From an uncultured Planctomycetota bacterium (lineage in GTDB: Bacteria > Planctomycetota > Planctomycetia > Gemmatales > Gemmataceae), in contig CAWKHF010000012.1 in the NCBI GenBank assembly GCA_963849325.1, positions 416,001 to 480,000 on the forward strand: a stretch of DNA of 64,000 nucleotides, in the 5' to 3' direction. Positions within the stretch are counted from its first letter, which is position 1. Every line of letters begins with the position of its first letter. Made by a program: the position numbers and the translations under genes. This document shows positions 63,209 through 64,000 of this stretch, piece by piece. The notes beneath the pieces were generated by a model. The model did not search any database. It was not told where the DNA came from and worked only from the letters and a program-made list of their open reading frames with translations.

Positions 63209-64000
63209 ATGTTCAGATTGCCGTTCGTCAAGCGTTCGCGTGCGTTCACGCTGATCGAGCTGTTGGTGGTCATCGCCATCATCGCCATCCTGATCGGCCT
63301 GCTGCTGCCGGCCGTGCAGAAGGTGCGTGAAGCCGCCGCCCGCACGCAGTCGGTCAACAACCTCAAGCAGATGGGCCTGGCCATGCAGAACCACCACGAC
63401 ACGCTCAACATGCTGCCCGACGCCGGAGGGGGCGGTGGCCAATGGCCCACGGTCGGAGCCATGGGCATGGCGCAGCCGGGTCCGTGGACCTACCAGATCC
63501 TGCCCTTCATCGAACAGCAGAACTTCTGGCAGAATTGGACCCAGACCGCCGGCATCGGCATCAAGGGCTTCATGGATCCCGGTCGCGGCCGACCGGCAGT
63601 TGACGGCAACGGCCGGGCCCGAACCGACTACGCCATCAACGCTTACCCCTTCAACGGCAACAAGACCTCCAACTCGGCGGGCGGGTGGAGTGGTCCCACA
63701 AAGACGCAACTGACGCTGTTAAGCATATCCGACGGTACTTCCAATACGATCTTCTGCGGGACCAAGTCGCTGGCCACCAACGTCTACAATAATGCCGTCG
63801 GCAACTGGGACGATGGGGCCTTCCAGTGCAACGGCGGCGAAGCCCGTCTCGGCATCTACGTCCTGAAGGACGCCCCGTCATCCGCTAACTTAATGGGTTC
63901 CAACGGCGGCCCGTTCTGGGGCGCTCCGTACTCCGGCGGTGCTCCTCTCGGCATGTATGACGGCAGCGTGCGCATGCAGCAATACGATTCGACCGTCGGC
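63209..64000 (+). CDS. DUF1559 prepilin-like protein, paralog 2 (3'-truncated by window)
   Basis: Near-identical N-terminus to the 61976 gene; [23 protein letters not shown]. Confidence 0.9.
   Translation, partial: MFRLPFVKRSRAFTLIELLVVIAIIAILIGLLLPAVQKVREAAARTQSVNNLKQMGLAMQNHHDTLNMLPDAGGGGGQWPTVGAMGMAQPGPWTYQILPFIEQQNFWQNWTQTAGIGIKGFMDPGRGRPAVDGNGRARTDYAINAYPFNGNKTSNSAGGWSGPTKTQLTLLSISDGTSNTIFCGTKSLATNVYNNAVGNWDDGAFQCNGGEARLGIYVLKDAPSSANLMGSNGGPFWGAPYSGGAPLGMYDGSVRMQQYDSTVG

Noticed and set aside
1-64000. Widespread frameshifts as pseudogenisation or programmed frameshifting
   Set aside because: They hit essential genes (rpsI) and leave motifs intact with no accumulation of in-frame stops; best explained by long-read indel errors
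61976-64000. Diversity-generating retroelement TR/VR pair in the two DUF1559 genes
   Set aside because: Differences are not adenine-restricted, include indels and synonymous changes, and no reverse transcriptase is present

Overview
GC-rich bacterial chromosomal DNA, almost certainly Planctomycetota and probably Gemmataceae-like (DUF1559/H-X9-DG proteins, FHA-GAF-PP2C, Zn-ribbon/squalene-cyclase-repeat protein, many palindromic intergenic repeats). About half the genes carry 1-bp indels, including rpsI, which most likely reflects uncorrected long-read error, so I stitched frames by eye. The content is mostly housekeeping and envelope genes: rplM-rpsI, pyrH-frr, hemH, ferredoxins, an RND/TolC/porin cluster, an amino-sugar/PglC operon, a Ca2+ P-type ATPase, CbiQO, lactate permease, and an ACP next to an alpha-oxoamine synthase. 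I saw no tRNA, rRNA, CRISPR array, transposase or prophage. Best candidates for new biology: (1) a tandem pair of secreted, almost uncharged Gly/Phe/Asn-repeat proteins with shared N- and C-terminal motifs, behind a near-consensus sigma70 promoter and a ~240-nt structured leader; (2) a stand-alone ~130-nt sRNA candidate with its own promoter-like motif and terminator; (3) a coiled-coil protein ending in a RelE-like domain; (4) a ParA ATPase apparently fused to a membrane anchor; (5) several REP families that share one tandem-G.A hairpin architecture, plus a three-layer nested insertion and a perfect 80-bp heptamer palindrome. All calls come from reading motifs; no database searches were run.
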